A DNA stretch of 32,906 nucleotides, from the IMG/VR virus record IMGVR_UViG_3300027863_000113, positions 1 through 32,906 of that record; one strand, written 5' to 3'. Shown here in pieces: positions 7,654-16,772 of this stretch. How positions within the stretch are numbered: the first letter of the stretch is position 1; each line of letters starts with the position of its first letter. The translations under genes were made by a program, and so were the position numbers. The notes under the pieces were generated by a model. That model ran no database searches. It was not told the origin of the DNA and was given only the letters and a program-made list of their open reading frames with translations. The stretch comes from a virus. Its lineage: Duplodnaviria; Caudoviricetes.

Positions 7654-9365
7654 ACTATCATCCTACTAAAATTGTTTTTCTTTTCGAAAGTAATTACACT
7701 TCTAAATTTATCTGATAATTGATCACCCTTATGTGAAATTACAAAAACATTAGTATCCTTTGATACATCAGAAAGAATATTCATTAATAATTCAACAGAA
7801 GATGCATCAAGACTACTATCAAAAACTTCATCTAAAATTAATAGATTTGTATTTGTTGAATTTTTAATTTTTGCAATTTGTCTCCAAGTAAATAATAATG
7901 CAAGATCAATTTTTTGTTTTTCACCTTCAGAAAAATTATTATAACTGAAATCATCCCTATATCTCGATTTGATCGATTCGTTAAAACTTTCATCGAGATT
8001 AAAATTAATAAATGAATCCATAGTTGTCAAATACTTATTAATTAGTTTATTCATAATTGGTAAGTATTGTTTAATAATTTTTGTTTTGATTCCGCTATCT
8101 TTTAATAAAGAATAAGAAAAATCATAATAATGTCTATCTAATGAAATTTTCTCTTGTTCTGTTAAATATTTTTTTAATTCAGTTTTTAACTCTTTAAGTT
8201 TATCGTTTTCTAATTGGATGTTTGAAGTTACGTTTGATAATTCAATCTTTTCTTTTTCCAATTTCTCAACATACTTATATAAGGACTGAATAGAAGCGTT
8301 AATTCTCACTGATTCTGTTTGATGTTCTTGAATTTTTTGGAGAACATTTGAAATTTCTTGAAGTCTATTTCTAATCAATTCAATTTGATTTCCTACTTCT
8401 TTTCTTCCATTCATTTGTGTTTGTATTTTATTATCAACTTGTTCAAATTTATCTTTTTTAAAACTTTCATTAATATGTTGTTTGCATGTTGGACAGTTAT
8501 CATTACTTTCATAGAAAGTTTTTTCTTTTAATAAATTTGAAATATTTGATTCTATCTTTGATTCAATTAAAATTAAACTTTTATATTTTGAATCTATCTT
8601 AGTCTGATCTTCAATACCTTTTAACAATTGTTGAACATGTTTATCGATTAATTGAACATCTTTTGTATATTTCTTGATGTTTATATTAGATTCATCGATT
8701 TCTTTTTGTTTCTTTTCAATTTCTTTAAGATTATGCTTCTTAAGCTGCTCAATATGATTTTTTTGCATCTTGATTCGTTCGACGCATAAATCAAGTGCAT
8801 ACTTATTACTCACTTCTTTTTCTTTTAATAAAGATATTTTCTGTTTAATAATTGTATGCATTGACGAGAAGATTTTAATGTCTAATAAATCTTCAATAAT
8901 TTCTCTCCGATCAGCCGCTTTTAATTGCATAAAAGGAGTAAACGATGCCGAACCTAGAATAACAATCTGAGTAAAAGATTTGAAATTAAGTTTTAAAATT
9001 TGCTTTTCAAGTATTTCTTGATAATCTTTATTTGCAGCAGTTTGGTCTATTAATTTATCATCACAATAAATTTCGAAAATATTTGGTTTAATACCACGAA
9101 CAACTTTATATTCTTTGTTTCCAATTGAAAATTCAACCTCGACCACACATTGTTTTTCATTGATTGAATTGATTAATGTTGGCTTATTAATATTTCTAAA
9201 TGGCTTACCAAAAAGTGCAAAAGTCAATGCATCTAGCATTGTTGACTTTCCAGATCCATTTGATCCGACAATTAATGTACTTGTATTTCTATTCAAATCT
9301 ATTTCTGTGAAATAGTTTCCTGTTGAAAGAAAATTTTTCCATCTGATTTTTTTAAATAATACCAT
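7650..9365 (-). CDS. 46: recombination endonuclease ATPase subunit gp46 (Rad50-like)
   Basis: Walker A GSNGSGKST, CPTC zinc hook, FSEGE signature, LILDEVFD, ISH. Confidence 0.97.
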   Translation of the reverse strand: MVLFKKIRWKNFLSTGNYFTEIDLNRNTSTLIVGSNGSGKSTMLDALTFALFGKPFRNINKPTLINSINEKQCVVEVEFSIGNKEYKVVRGIKPNIFEIYCDDKLIDQTAANKDYQEILEKQILKLNFKSFTQIVILGSASFTPFMQLKAADRREIIEDLLDIKIFSSMHTIIKQKISLLKEKEVSNKYALDLCVERIKMQKNHIEQLKKHNLKEIEKKQKEIDESNINIKKYTKDVQLIDKHVQQLLKGIEDQTKIDSKYKSLILIESKIESNISNLLKEKTFYESNDNCPTCKQHINESFKKDKFEQVDNKIQTQMNGRKEVGNQIELIRNRLQEISNVLQKIQEHQTESVRINASIQSLYKYVEKLEKEKIELSNVTSNIQLENDKLKELKTELKKYLTEQEKISLDRHYYDFSYSLLKDSGIKTKIIKQYLPIMNKLINKYLTTMDSFINFNLDESFNESIKSRYRDDFSYNNFSEGEKQKIDLALLFTWRQIAKIKNSTNTNLLILDEVFDSSLDASSVELLMNILSDVSKDTNVFVISHKGDQLSDKFRSVITFEKKNNFSRMIV

Positions 9366-9367
9366 AT

Positions 9368-10441
9368 TTAATCTTGCTGTGTATTTAAAGCTTCGATATA
9401 AACTTCTCTCAAAATATATTTGAGTTTATTTACATCAAAAGATTCTGTAGTTTTGAGACCATCAATATATGAATTGAGGATTGTTATTGTATCTTGAGTT
9501 TGATCTAAATCATCATCTTCTTTATTTTCTGATATAATTTCTTCTACAATATTAACATCGGCTGGATCATATTGATAAAGTTTATTAACAAACATATCAA
9601 AAGCATATGGATTAGATTTTTTCATCACCACAATTTTAACATATTTGTTTTTAATAGAACTAACATCAAAATTCATAATATTTTCGAATGATTTATCTGT
9701 ATCATCGTAAATGTAACGAATAAACATTTCATAAGGATTTTTAACAAATTCTAATTGTCTAGTTTCAAGATCAAATAAATGAAATCCTCTCTCATCACCA
9801 TAATCTTGCCAAGTTAATTGATATGGATTTCCTAGGTAATAAATTCCATCTGAATTTGATTTGTGATGATAATGTCCAGAAAATGTATATTCAAATTTAT
9901 TAAAAATACCTCTATTCAATCCATCTTCCGAAATGGATCCTTTATACATTGAAAATCCTTGAATCTCAAAATGTCCACAACAAATAGTTGCTTGTGTTTC
10001 TTTCATGTGTTCGAAACATTCTTTAGCATTTGAATTATTCATCCAAGGAACCATACAAATTTCTGTTCCGTCGATATTGATAGTTTCGGCTTTTTCTGAA
10101 ATGAAATGAATATTATCATAATCAATCAGAGCCAATTCTGGAACATTTGGTGTATTTGTATTTCTATATGGAACATCATGATTTCCAATCAGCATCCATG
10201 TTTCAATATTATTCTCACTAAGCTTATTGAAGAATATATTCTTGGCATGCCAAAGAGTTACATGATTAGAAAATTTTCTACGATCAAATGTATCACCCAA
10301 CATTAATAACTTTGTAATATTATGTTCTTTCAGTTTTGGAAAGAAAATATTTTCATAGAATTCACGATAATGTTCAATAAAATTTTGATTGTCGTTACGA
10401 ACTCCCCAATGACAATCCGTTATTAAAGCAATTTTAGTCAT
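9368..10441 (-). CDS. 47: recombination endonuclease subunit gp47 (Mre11-like)
   Basis: DxH, GDxxD, GNHD, GHYH phosphoesterase motifs; adjacent to gp46. Confidence 0.96.
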   Translation of the reverse strand: MTKIALITDCHWGVRNDNQNFIEHYREFYENIFFPKLKEHNITKLLMLGDTFDRRKFSNHVTLWHAKNIFFNKLSENNIETWMLIGNHDVPYRNTNTPNVPELALIDYDNIHFISEKAETINIDGTEICMVPWMNNSNAKECFEHMKETQATICCGHFEIQGFSMYKGSISEDGLNRGIFNKFEYTFSGHYHHKSNSDGIYYLGNPYQLTWQDYGDERGFHLFDLETRQLEFVKNPYEMFIRYIYDDTDKSFENIMNFDVSSIKNKYVKIVVMKKSNPYAFDMFVNKLYQYDPADVNIVEEIISENKEDDDLDQTQDTITILNSYIDGLKTTESFDVNKLKYILREVYIEALNTQQD

Positions 10442-10469
10442 AATATATTTTTATATTTACAATTACTCT

Positions 10470-10498
10470 ATTGTATCATAGATCCATAAAATTTTCAA
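10470..10498 (-). promoter_or_regulatory. candidate sigma70-type promoter TTGAAA-N17-(TGa)TACAAT for gp47
   Basis: One mismatch per hexamer plus extended -10; overlaps the 3' end of gp55. Confidence 0.5.
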
Positions 10499-11018
10499 GA
10501 CCTTTTTTCTTTTTTACTGCTTTTTTCTTTTCTTTGGCAGCCTCAAAATTTCCAATAAATTCTGATAAATTATCATACATTTCAAATTGAATTTGAACAC
10601 CATTATCTAATTCAAGTGAATGATTCTCATCAAAAATCCCAGAAATTTCTGCTGATTTATATTTTACATATAATTCCTTCTTTTCTTTTTCAATTCTTCG
10701 CAAGAATGCATAATGTATAATTTGTGTGAAATACGCAAATGGATTTTTTGAAATTTCTGGATCAAAATTATGAAAATATCGAAGGCAGTTTTCTACAGCA
10801 TCTCCTACCATTTCTTCTCGATATGTGTAATTGATGAAATTGGGTTTATGTGAGTATCCTTCTGCAATTTTCATAAAGGATTCACCAATATAATTGGGTA
10901 TAGGAGGCTCCTCTAATCCTTTTTCTTTATTTTCTGCACATTTTGCTTTGTAATCAATCAAAACTTCCAGGAATGTTTGATTATTGATGTAGTGTTTCGT
11001 CTTTTTTACTAATTCCAT
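10476..11018 (-). CDS. 55: late-transcription sigma factor gp55 (start corrected to ATG 11018)
   Basis: HYINN..F, YIGE..MKIAEG.S.KPNF..YTYREEMVGD, NPFAYFTQI..AFLRRI.KEKK; GGAG SD before ATG 11018. Confidence 0.96.
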   Translation of the reverse strand: MELVKKTKHYINNQTFLEVLIDYKAKCAENKEKGLEEPPIPNYIGESFMKIAEGYSHKPNFINYTYREEMVGDAVENCLRYFHNFDPEISKNPFAYFTQIIHYAFLRRIEKEKKELYVKYKSAEISGIFDENHSLELDNGVQIQFEMYDNLSEFIGNFEAAKEKKKAVKKKKGLENFMDL

Positions 11019-11047
11019 TTTTACTCCAATTATTACTGATTTACCTA

Positions 11048-11075
11048 TTGACAAATTTAAAAGTTAGCTTATAAT
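11048..11075 (+). promoter_or_regulatory. plus-strand (antisense) sigma70-type promoter TTGACA-N16-TATAAT
   Basis: TTGACA 11048-11053, TATAAT 11070-11075; no plus-strand ORF follows. Confidence 0.7.
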
Positions 11076-11090
11076 GGTGTTAACAGAGAA

Positions 11091-11210
11091 AAACTTAAGG
11101 ACTAACTTGTTATGATGTTAAACAGTATAACATAAAGTAACTTAAGTATCAATAGTAACTTAATGATATTTTATATTATTACTTATTTAATACTTAATAG
11201 AATCTAATTA
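11091..11210. repeat. AT-rich non-coding tract with ACTTAA direct repeats
   Basis: AGTAACTTAA at 11136 and 11154; ACTTAA also at 11093 and 11192. Confidence 0.55.
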
Positions 11211-11220
11211 CCAGGTCGGC

Positions 11221-11637
11221 TCAATGGGTTGTGCTGTTGGCTTTTTCAAACATAAGTTCCATCAATTCTGTTTCATCCATAGTTTCGGATGTAACATATA
11301 CTTCATTATGGTTTTCTGAATCAGATTCTTTTTTATATTTTTCATCAAGTAATCTTTTCAATCTCAATTTATCTATAGAATCGTTGTAATATTGATTTAG
11401 TGAATCACTTGTATCTGATATTGACATTACGGAAGCTTTCATCAACTCTATATTTTCTAGATTTTGAACTGTTAAGGGTGAAATCCAATAATCCATTATC
11501 ATAACATTCTTTTGAAGTTTTGCATCAAACTTCAACATAATATACATGGGATATGAAATATAATAACGATATTCATCTTCATCATTAATTTCTGCCAGAA
11601 TATCTTCACCGTTTGCCAATCTAATTGTTTTAATCAT
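11221..11637 (-). CDS. conserved hypothetical protein, possible Sm-like N-terminal fold
   Basis: IRL.NGEDILAEI start; acidic C-terminus ending TTH; overlaps the uvsW stop; lies between uvsW and gp55. Confidence 0.7.
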   Translation of the reverse strand: MIKTIRLANGEDILAEINDEDEYRYYISYPMYIMLKFDAKLQKNVMIMDYWISPLTVQNLENIELMKASVMSISDTSDSLNQYYNDSIDKLRLKRLLDEKYKKESDSENHNEVYVTSETMDETELMELMFEKANSTTH

Positions 11638-13153
11638 TATCTAATCCTATTTTATATAATTTATAAACATGTTTCTCACTATCATATATTTTTGTTCTTT
11701 TAACAAAATGTTTCAATGTATGATTCATAGTATGACCAATTCTTAAATCATCGGCAATATCATACAAAACAGCTTTTGATTTTGTTTTTGATATTCTCAG
11801 TGATCTACCAATACTTTGTAAATTTCTAATTCTACTTTTACTTGGTGATGCAAATATCAAGTAATGTAAGCTCTTACTATTTACACCAGTTGAAAATGTA
11901 CCATATGAAGCAATAACAATAATGTCATCCTTTTCTTCAAATCTTTTTCTTATAAATTCTCTTTGTTCGGCAGTAGTCTTACTGTATACAAAATACACTT
12001 CTCTATTCTTCAAATTTTTTGAATTTTTAATCAAATCATATAAGATTTTTCCATGCTTTTCCACACGATCATATAATATCATGGTATTTTTATCTAAAGA
12101 TAATGTTAAGTTTTTAATGAAACGATTTCTTTGTTCATTTGATATAAGATATTCAATTTCATCTTTATATTCACAACCTTTCAATAATTTACAGTTTTCT
12201 TCTTTATGTTTTAAGATCAAACATTTTATTTCCAATTCTGCTAAACTCTTTTTATCCATCAATTCTTTTGTGGATATAACTTGCTTAATTGAACCAAATA
12301 AACCTTCAAGAACAAGCTTATGTGTTTTTGTTCCATCCAGAGAACCAGTTAAACCAATTCGATATTTTGCGTTAATGCAAGATTCAGCAATATATTTTAA
12401 GGCTTGGGCTGTAAATAGATGGGCTTCATCACCAATAATGTAGTCAAATTTTTCAAAATAATTTTTATCTAATTTATAAATGGATTGAAACGTTGATATT
12501 ATAATAGGTTTCTCAGAATGTTTTTCTGAACCTTCAGAAATAGTATGAACATGTTCATCGACATTAAAATCGATAAATTCGGCATAATCTGCAAAATCAG
12601 TTTTTAACTGGTGAACTAAAGAAATTCGTGGAACAATAATTAAACCACGATAATTTTTATATTTTAATAGTTGCATCACTATCATATAAATGATTAATGA
12701 TTTTCCTGATGCTGTTGGTGACAACAGAAGTTTTCTCTTATCACGCATAGCAGAAATAAATGCTTCAATCTGATCTGATCTAACATTTATTTTTTCACCA
12801 GCAGAATGAATATTTAATTCTTCAATAAATTTTTTAGCTAAAACAAGAGGAAATTCTTCAGCAACATCTGGACGAGGATCAATATATTCTAATTCATAAT
12901 TTCTATCTTTAACAAATTTCTCAATATATGGTAAAACACCATAATATATTAAATTAGTTCTAAGATCCAACAAACGAATTTTACCGTCCCACAATTTTTG
13001 TTTAAATGCAGGTGAAAATTGGAAGTTAGGTACCCAAAAAGTAAAATAATCTGATAACTCTTTTAATAGATAATTTTCTGCGTATATTTTAATGTAAACT
13101 TCATTATATTTTTTTATCGTTATTTTATCTTGAACCATGTATAAATCGCTCAT
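11630..13153 (-). CDS. uvsW: UvsW SF2 helicase
   Basis: WDGKIRL, SPTASGKS, DEAH, GLTGS, STGVN, QSIGRSLR. Confidence 0.96.
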   Translation of the reverse strand: MSDLYMVQDKITIKKYNEVYIKIYAENYLLKELSDYFTFWVPNFQFSPAFKQKLWDGKIRLLDLRTNLIYYGVLPYIEKFVKDRNYELEYIDPRPDVAEEFPLVLAKKFIEELNIHSAGEKINVRSDQIEAFISAMRDKRKLLLSPTASGKSLIIYMIVMQLLKYKNYRGLIIVPRISLVHQLKTDFADYAEFIDFNVDEHVHTISEGSEKHSEKPIIISTFQSIYKLDKNYFEKFDYIIGDEAHLFTAQALKYIAESCINAKYRIGLTGSLDGTKTHKLVLEGLFGSIKQVISTKELMDKKSLAELEIKCLILKHKEENCKLLKGCEYKDEIEYLISNEQRNRFIKNLTLSLDKNTMILYDRVEKHGKILYDLIKNSKNLKNREVYFVYSKTTAEQREFIRKRFEEKDDIIVIASYGTFSTGVNSKSLHYLIFASPSKSRIRNLQSIGRSLRISKTKSKAVLYDIADDLRIGHTMNHTLKHFVKRTKIYDSEKHVYKLYKIGLDND

Positions 13154-13562
13154 GCGTCATATGTTCTCGGAGTTGCCAAGTTCTGTTGTTTAATTCTTTG
13201 AGAATTGCTTCACAATAAGAAGCAGCTTCATCGTGATAAGATTTTCTAAGTAAGATTTTTGAAAGAACATCATCTGAGTCCATATAGATGGAAATATCAG
13301 ATTTTAAAGTAAATTGGAATGGTTCCCAATTTAATTCTTTTAGTTGTTCTTCTGATAATTTTCCAGAATAATATTCCCAACGAAGTCTTTTTTTAGTTAC
13401 ATAATCTCCCATAACTCGCTTTGATGCAAGTTTATGTTCGGTCATGAATCTTAAGTATTTACTATGGAGCGTCGGAATTCTCAATATTTCTCTTGATGGA
13501 TCTGTTGTATCAATAACAGAATCCTTTTCCCAATGACTAATAATATTTTCAAGTGTTTCCAT
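13125..13562 (-). CDS. uvsY: recombination mediator UvsY
   Basis: W.KDS.ID, IP.LHSKYL, WEYYSGK, NNRTWQL; upstream of uvsW. Confidence 0.92.
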   Translation of the reverse strand: METLENIISHWEKDSVIDTTDPSREILRIPTLHSKYLRFMTEHKLASKRVMGDYVTKKRLRWEYYSGKLSEEQLKELNWEPFQFTLKSDISIYMDSDDVLSKILLRKSYHDEAASYCEAILKELNNRTWQLREHMTHERFIHGSR

Positions 13563-13578
13563 AATTATATTTTATTTC

Positions 13579-14094
13579 TCAAATTGTTACTGGACTATAG
13601 TATGTATACCCGAATTCTGCCGATGCCGTGAGAGTTGTTGTATTTTCGTCCATTGTGTTAAATACTACTTCACTTAATCTAACAGGAAACAAACCTGTAA
13701 ATTCGTATCTTAGATTTACGTTGTTTAATGCCGTAAGAATATTTAATGTTCCATCAGCATATTGTGGTTGTTTCTGATATTGAGCATAAGATGATAAATT
13801 TTTCAGATTTTTATATTGATCAAAATTTTCTGGAAAAGTCATTCCAACCATCCAATTATAGATTTCTTTCCAAGAATTTAATTGTTCGTCTAATAAAAAA
13901 TCGATAGTCAAACGATCAAATGTAAGTTTATCTCCAGGTCTTTGAACATTCACAAAGGGTGTTGGTTGTTCTAAAACGTCTAATGTTAAACCAGGCAAAC
14001 GTACAGATTGACAAAAATATTGAACATTTGGAATTCTACTAAAAGTCATTAAAAATTTTGTAGATTGTAAAAAATTAGTATTTTGTGGTTGCAT
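13579..14094 (-). CDS. 3: tail tube terminator / tail completion protein gp3
   Basis: NFLQ.TKF, YFCQSV.LPG, PGDKL.F..L.I.FLLDE, FP..LS; lies between gp23 and uvsY. Confidence 0.9.
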   Translation of the reverse strand: MQPQNTNFLQSTKFLMTFSRIPNVQYFCQSVRLPGLTLDVLEQPTPFVNVQRPGDKLTFDRLTIDFLLDEQLNSWKEIYNWMVGMTFPENFDQYKNLKNLSSYAQYQKQPQYADGTLNILTALNNVNLRYEFTGLFPVRLSEVVFNTMDENTTTLTASAEFGYTYYSPVTI

Positions 14095-14116
14095 AGTTTA
14101 TCCCCAATAATACGAA

Positions 14117-14124
14117 TATTTAGA
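14117..14124 (-). promoter_or_regulatory. gp55-type late promoter (TCTAAATA) for gp3
   Basis: TAAATA core between the gp23 terminator and the gp3 start. Confidence 0.65.
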
Positions 14125-14128
14125 CAAG

Positions 14129-14155
14129 AAAAAAAGGAACCCGAAGGTTCCTTTT
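14129..14155 (-). terminator. rho-independent terminator with a C(UUCG)G tetraloop after gp23
   Basis: AAAAGGAACC-TTCG-GGTTCCTTTTTTT. Confidence 0.93.
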
Positions 14156-14192
14156 AAGTTACCACTCTTAACGGTGGTTTGCATCAAGTTGA

Positions 14193-15518
14193 TTACATTA
14201 AATTCTTAACACCAAAAATACGATAATACAAGTTTGAACGAGCATCTAGACGACCTAGACCAACATTTAAACCTTCTGCGAATGGGTTAGCAACTAGACC
14301 ATAACGAGTCTTAAAGCCAATCTTTGGTTGGAAGGTATATTGGTCAATTGCACGAACCATTTGTAATGGTACGTATGGGCAGTAGAATAGTCCAGCGTCG
14401 TATGGTGATGGACCCTTATAACCGATAGTTACAAGTTCCATGTTTTGTGTATAACCACCAAAGTAAGGATCGATATAAACCTTGATACGACCGTGTAGCA
14501 TACCAGCAAAAGTATTACCAGTATCATCAACTTGTAGATCAGCTTGTAGAGCTGGTGTGTATTGTAGTACACCTGCCATAGCCATTGCTGATGCAACGTC
14601 TGATGAAACGATCATAACGTTACCTTTTCCTCTACGAGTTTGCTTTGCAATTGTGTTAGCATCACGTTCGATTTGGAAAATTAGACCCTTGAAACGTTCA
14701 ACTGACCAACGTCCATTTGAATCTGTATCTAAGTCGAAGTAACCAGCAGTTACTGTACCATACTGAGCACCAGGAACAGCTACAGTATAAATTGTACGGA
14801 TAACTTCACGGTTGATTTCAGCTAGAACTTCTGTAGCTAGAATGTTACTTAGCTCAGTTTCAGCATCAAGACCATGAATTGCCTTCAAGTCTTGTGCTAG
14901 TTCTAGTGAGTATTCAGCTTTCAATGCACGGCTTTGTGCTGTAACTGAAACCTTCTCGATAGAGAATCCCATTTGTTGGAAAGCAGCATTTGCATCTGAA
15001 CCTAGATATTCAGCTACGCTTGTTGGCATTGCTGTACCAGTTGTAAATGCATTTGCAGTTAGGTTAGAAACTGGATTTGTGCTTGTATCAGAAGCAGTAG
15101 TTCCTTGGAATCCATAAGGATTTGATGCTGAACCTTGACCAGTAAACATGGTATTAGCTTCATTATAGAAAGCTTCTGTACCTTGTTGACCGTTGTAACG
15201 TGAACGCATTGCGAAAATTAGACCAGTAGGACCAGTCATTGGTTGAACACCAGCAACATCATACGCGATTAGGTTTGGTAGAGCACGACGAACCAATGAA
15301 ATCAAAATTGGGTCGAAGTTTTGTACGCCACCTGTTACGTTTGTTGGACCTGGTTCACCAGCTTCGGTAAGCATTCTAGCACTTTCACGGCTTGCTTGTT
15401 GTTGGTTTTCAAGAACCATGGCTGTAACAGCCTTCTTATATGGATCCTTAATTGGCTCTAGATCAGGATGTTCTAGAACCTTGTTCCATTTTGCTTGAAG
15501 TTCTTCAGAAAGATACAT
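14193..15518 (-). CDS. 23: major capsid protein gp23
   Basis: GVQPMTGPTGLIFAMR, SRALKAEYSLELAQDLKAIHGLDAE, FQPKIGFKTRYG. Confidence 0.99.
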   Translation of the reverse strand: MYLSEELQAKWNKVLEHPDLEPIKDPYKKAVTAMVLENQQQASRESARMLTEAGEPGPTNVTGGVQNFDPILISLVRRALPNLIAYDVAGVQPMTGPTGLIFAMRSRYNGQQGTEAFYNEANTMFTGQGSASNPYGFQGTTASDTSTNPVSNLTANAFTTGTAMPTSVAEYLGSDANAAFQQMGFSIEKVSVTAQSRALKAEYSLELAQDLKAIHGLDAETELSNILATEVLAEINREVIRTIYTVAVPGAQYGTVTAGYFDLDTDSNGRWSVERFKGLIFQIERDANTIAKQTRRGKGNVMIVSSDVASAMAMAGVLQYTPALQADLQVDDTGNTFAGMLHGRIKVYIDPYFGGYTQNMELVTIGYKGPSPYDAGLFYCPYVPLQMVRAIDQYTFQPKIGFKTRYGLVANPFAEGLNVGLGRLDARSNLYYRIFGVKNLM

Positions 15519-15549
15519 TTTTAAGTTACTCCTTTAAAGTGTTTTTACT

Positions 15550-15557
15550 TATTTATT
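15550..15557 (-). promoter_or_regulatory. late promoter (AATAAATA) for gp23
   Basis: TAAATA core overlapping the gp22 stop; AAGGAG SD downstream. Confidence 0.7.
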
Positions 15558-16731
15558 TAATAGTAGTTTTTGAGATTGTCTTGGCATAAATGTCCATTTC
15601 TGGGTCTGCGTTTCCAGATTTTGCTGATTTAGAACCTGCATCTTCTGTTAGCAAATCTTCACTCAATTCTAGTGAAGACCCCTTCTTGATATTAGCTGGA
15701 AAATATGACTCTTTTAGAGTTTCCAACTTACCGACAAACTCATCTTCTGTAGTAAATTCAACACTTTCTGCAAGCGCCTTCAATTTTTCTACTTGAGTTT
15801 GTGTTAGCCCTTCACAAGCTGCGTAAATGGCATCGATTTTTACATGCTCATCGATTTGTTTCTTTTGAGCAATGTTCTTTTGTAGTTGTTCGTTAAGTTC
15901 ATTTTCTAGTTCTTCAACCTTTGAAGCTAGTTCTTCAACAACATCTACTTTTTCTTCTGGAATATCGATATATGATTCGATGAATAGATTTCTCAAGTTA
16001 TCGATAAATTCTTCAACAATTTCTGCACGAAGACCTTTTTCGATTGCAACTTGATTTTCTTCAATCCATTCGTTAACCATATAATTTAGATATTCATCAA
16101 TCTTGGTTGTCATTTCTTCTTGAAGTTCATTATAAGCTTCTTCGAATTGTTTTTGGAAATCTTCTTGAATTTCTTCAACGATTTCTGTTACTGTAGAAAC
16201 TACAGCAGCTTCAAAAATTGTAGTTGCTTTTTGTCTGAATTCTTCAGATAATGATTCACCTTCCAATAGAGCATTTACAGCATCGCTCATATCAATACCT
16301 TCATATTGTTGGAATGTTGCACCTGGATTGCTTTGCATTGTTTGTTGTGGTAATCTACCAGCAATACGATCACGAATAGCATCATAGCTAGTCATATCTG
16401 CTTGAACTGGTTGTGCTAGATCACTACGACCTTGTGTTTCTTGTGGTTGACCTTGAGGACGAGTAATACCTGCTCCATCCTTTTCTGAACCAACTGGTGG
16501 TGTTGCTCCTGGTGGAGTAGCTTTACCGATACCTCTTGTATAATCAGGAAGTTGGTCATCTTCTTTTTCAGGAGAATCTCCAATCTTTCCTTGATCTTGT
16601 GTACCGTATCCTGTTTTTGGATCTAGAGTGCTGTTACCTACGCCCTTTTCTTGATCTGCTGCACGCTTTGCGGCAACGTTTGTATCAAGAATTTCTTTAG
16701 CAGCCTCAGACAAATTAAATCTTTTTACCAT
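15553..16731 (-). CDS. 22: prohead core scaffold gp22
   Basis: LSEEF..KA.TIFEAAV, YL.Y...EW.EEN..AIE.GL, LKESYF; low-complexity N-terminal ~140 aa. Confidence 0.95.
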   Translation of the reverse strand: MVKRFNLSEAAKEILDTNVAAKRAADQEKGVGNSTLDPKTGYGTQDQGKIGDSPEKEDDQLPDYTRGIGKATPPGATPPVGSEKDGAGITRPQGQPQETQGRSDLAQPVQADMTSYDAIRDRIAGRLPQQTMQSNPGATFQQYEGIDMSDAVNALLEGESLSEEFRQKATTIFEAAVVSTVTEIVEEIQEDFQKQFEEAYNELQEEMTTKIDEYLNYMVNEWIEENQVAIEKGLRAEIVEEFIDNLRNLFIESYIDIPEEKVDVVEELASKVEELENELNEQLQKNIAQKKQIDEHVKIDAIYAACEGLTQTQVEKLKALAESVEFTTEDEFVGKLETLKESYFPANIKKGSSLELSEDLLTEDAGSKSAKSGNADPEMDIYAKTISKTTIK

Positions 16732-16762
16732 TTTTAAGAATCTCCTAATTTTCTTATATTAC

Positions 16763-16770
16763 TATTTATA
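16763..16770 (-). promoter_or_regulatory. late promoter TATAAATA for gp22
   Basis: Exact T4 late consensus, intergenic. Confidence 0.85.
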
Positions 16771-16772
16771 AA

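Noticed and set aside
11019-11054. N-terminal extension of gp55 from TTG 11054
   Set aside because: ATG 11018 has a GGAG SD, and the TTG overlaps the antisense -35 box
16300-16731. Pro/Gly/Gln-rich N-terminus of gp22 as a novel domain
   Set aside because: Disordered N-terminal extensions are usual in scaffolds of distant T4-like phages
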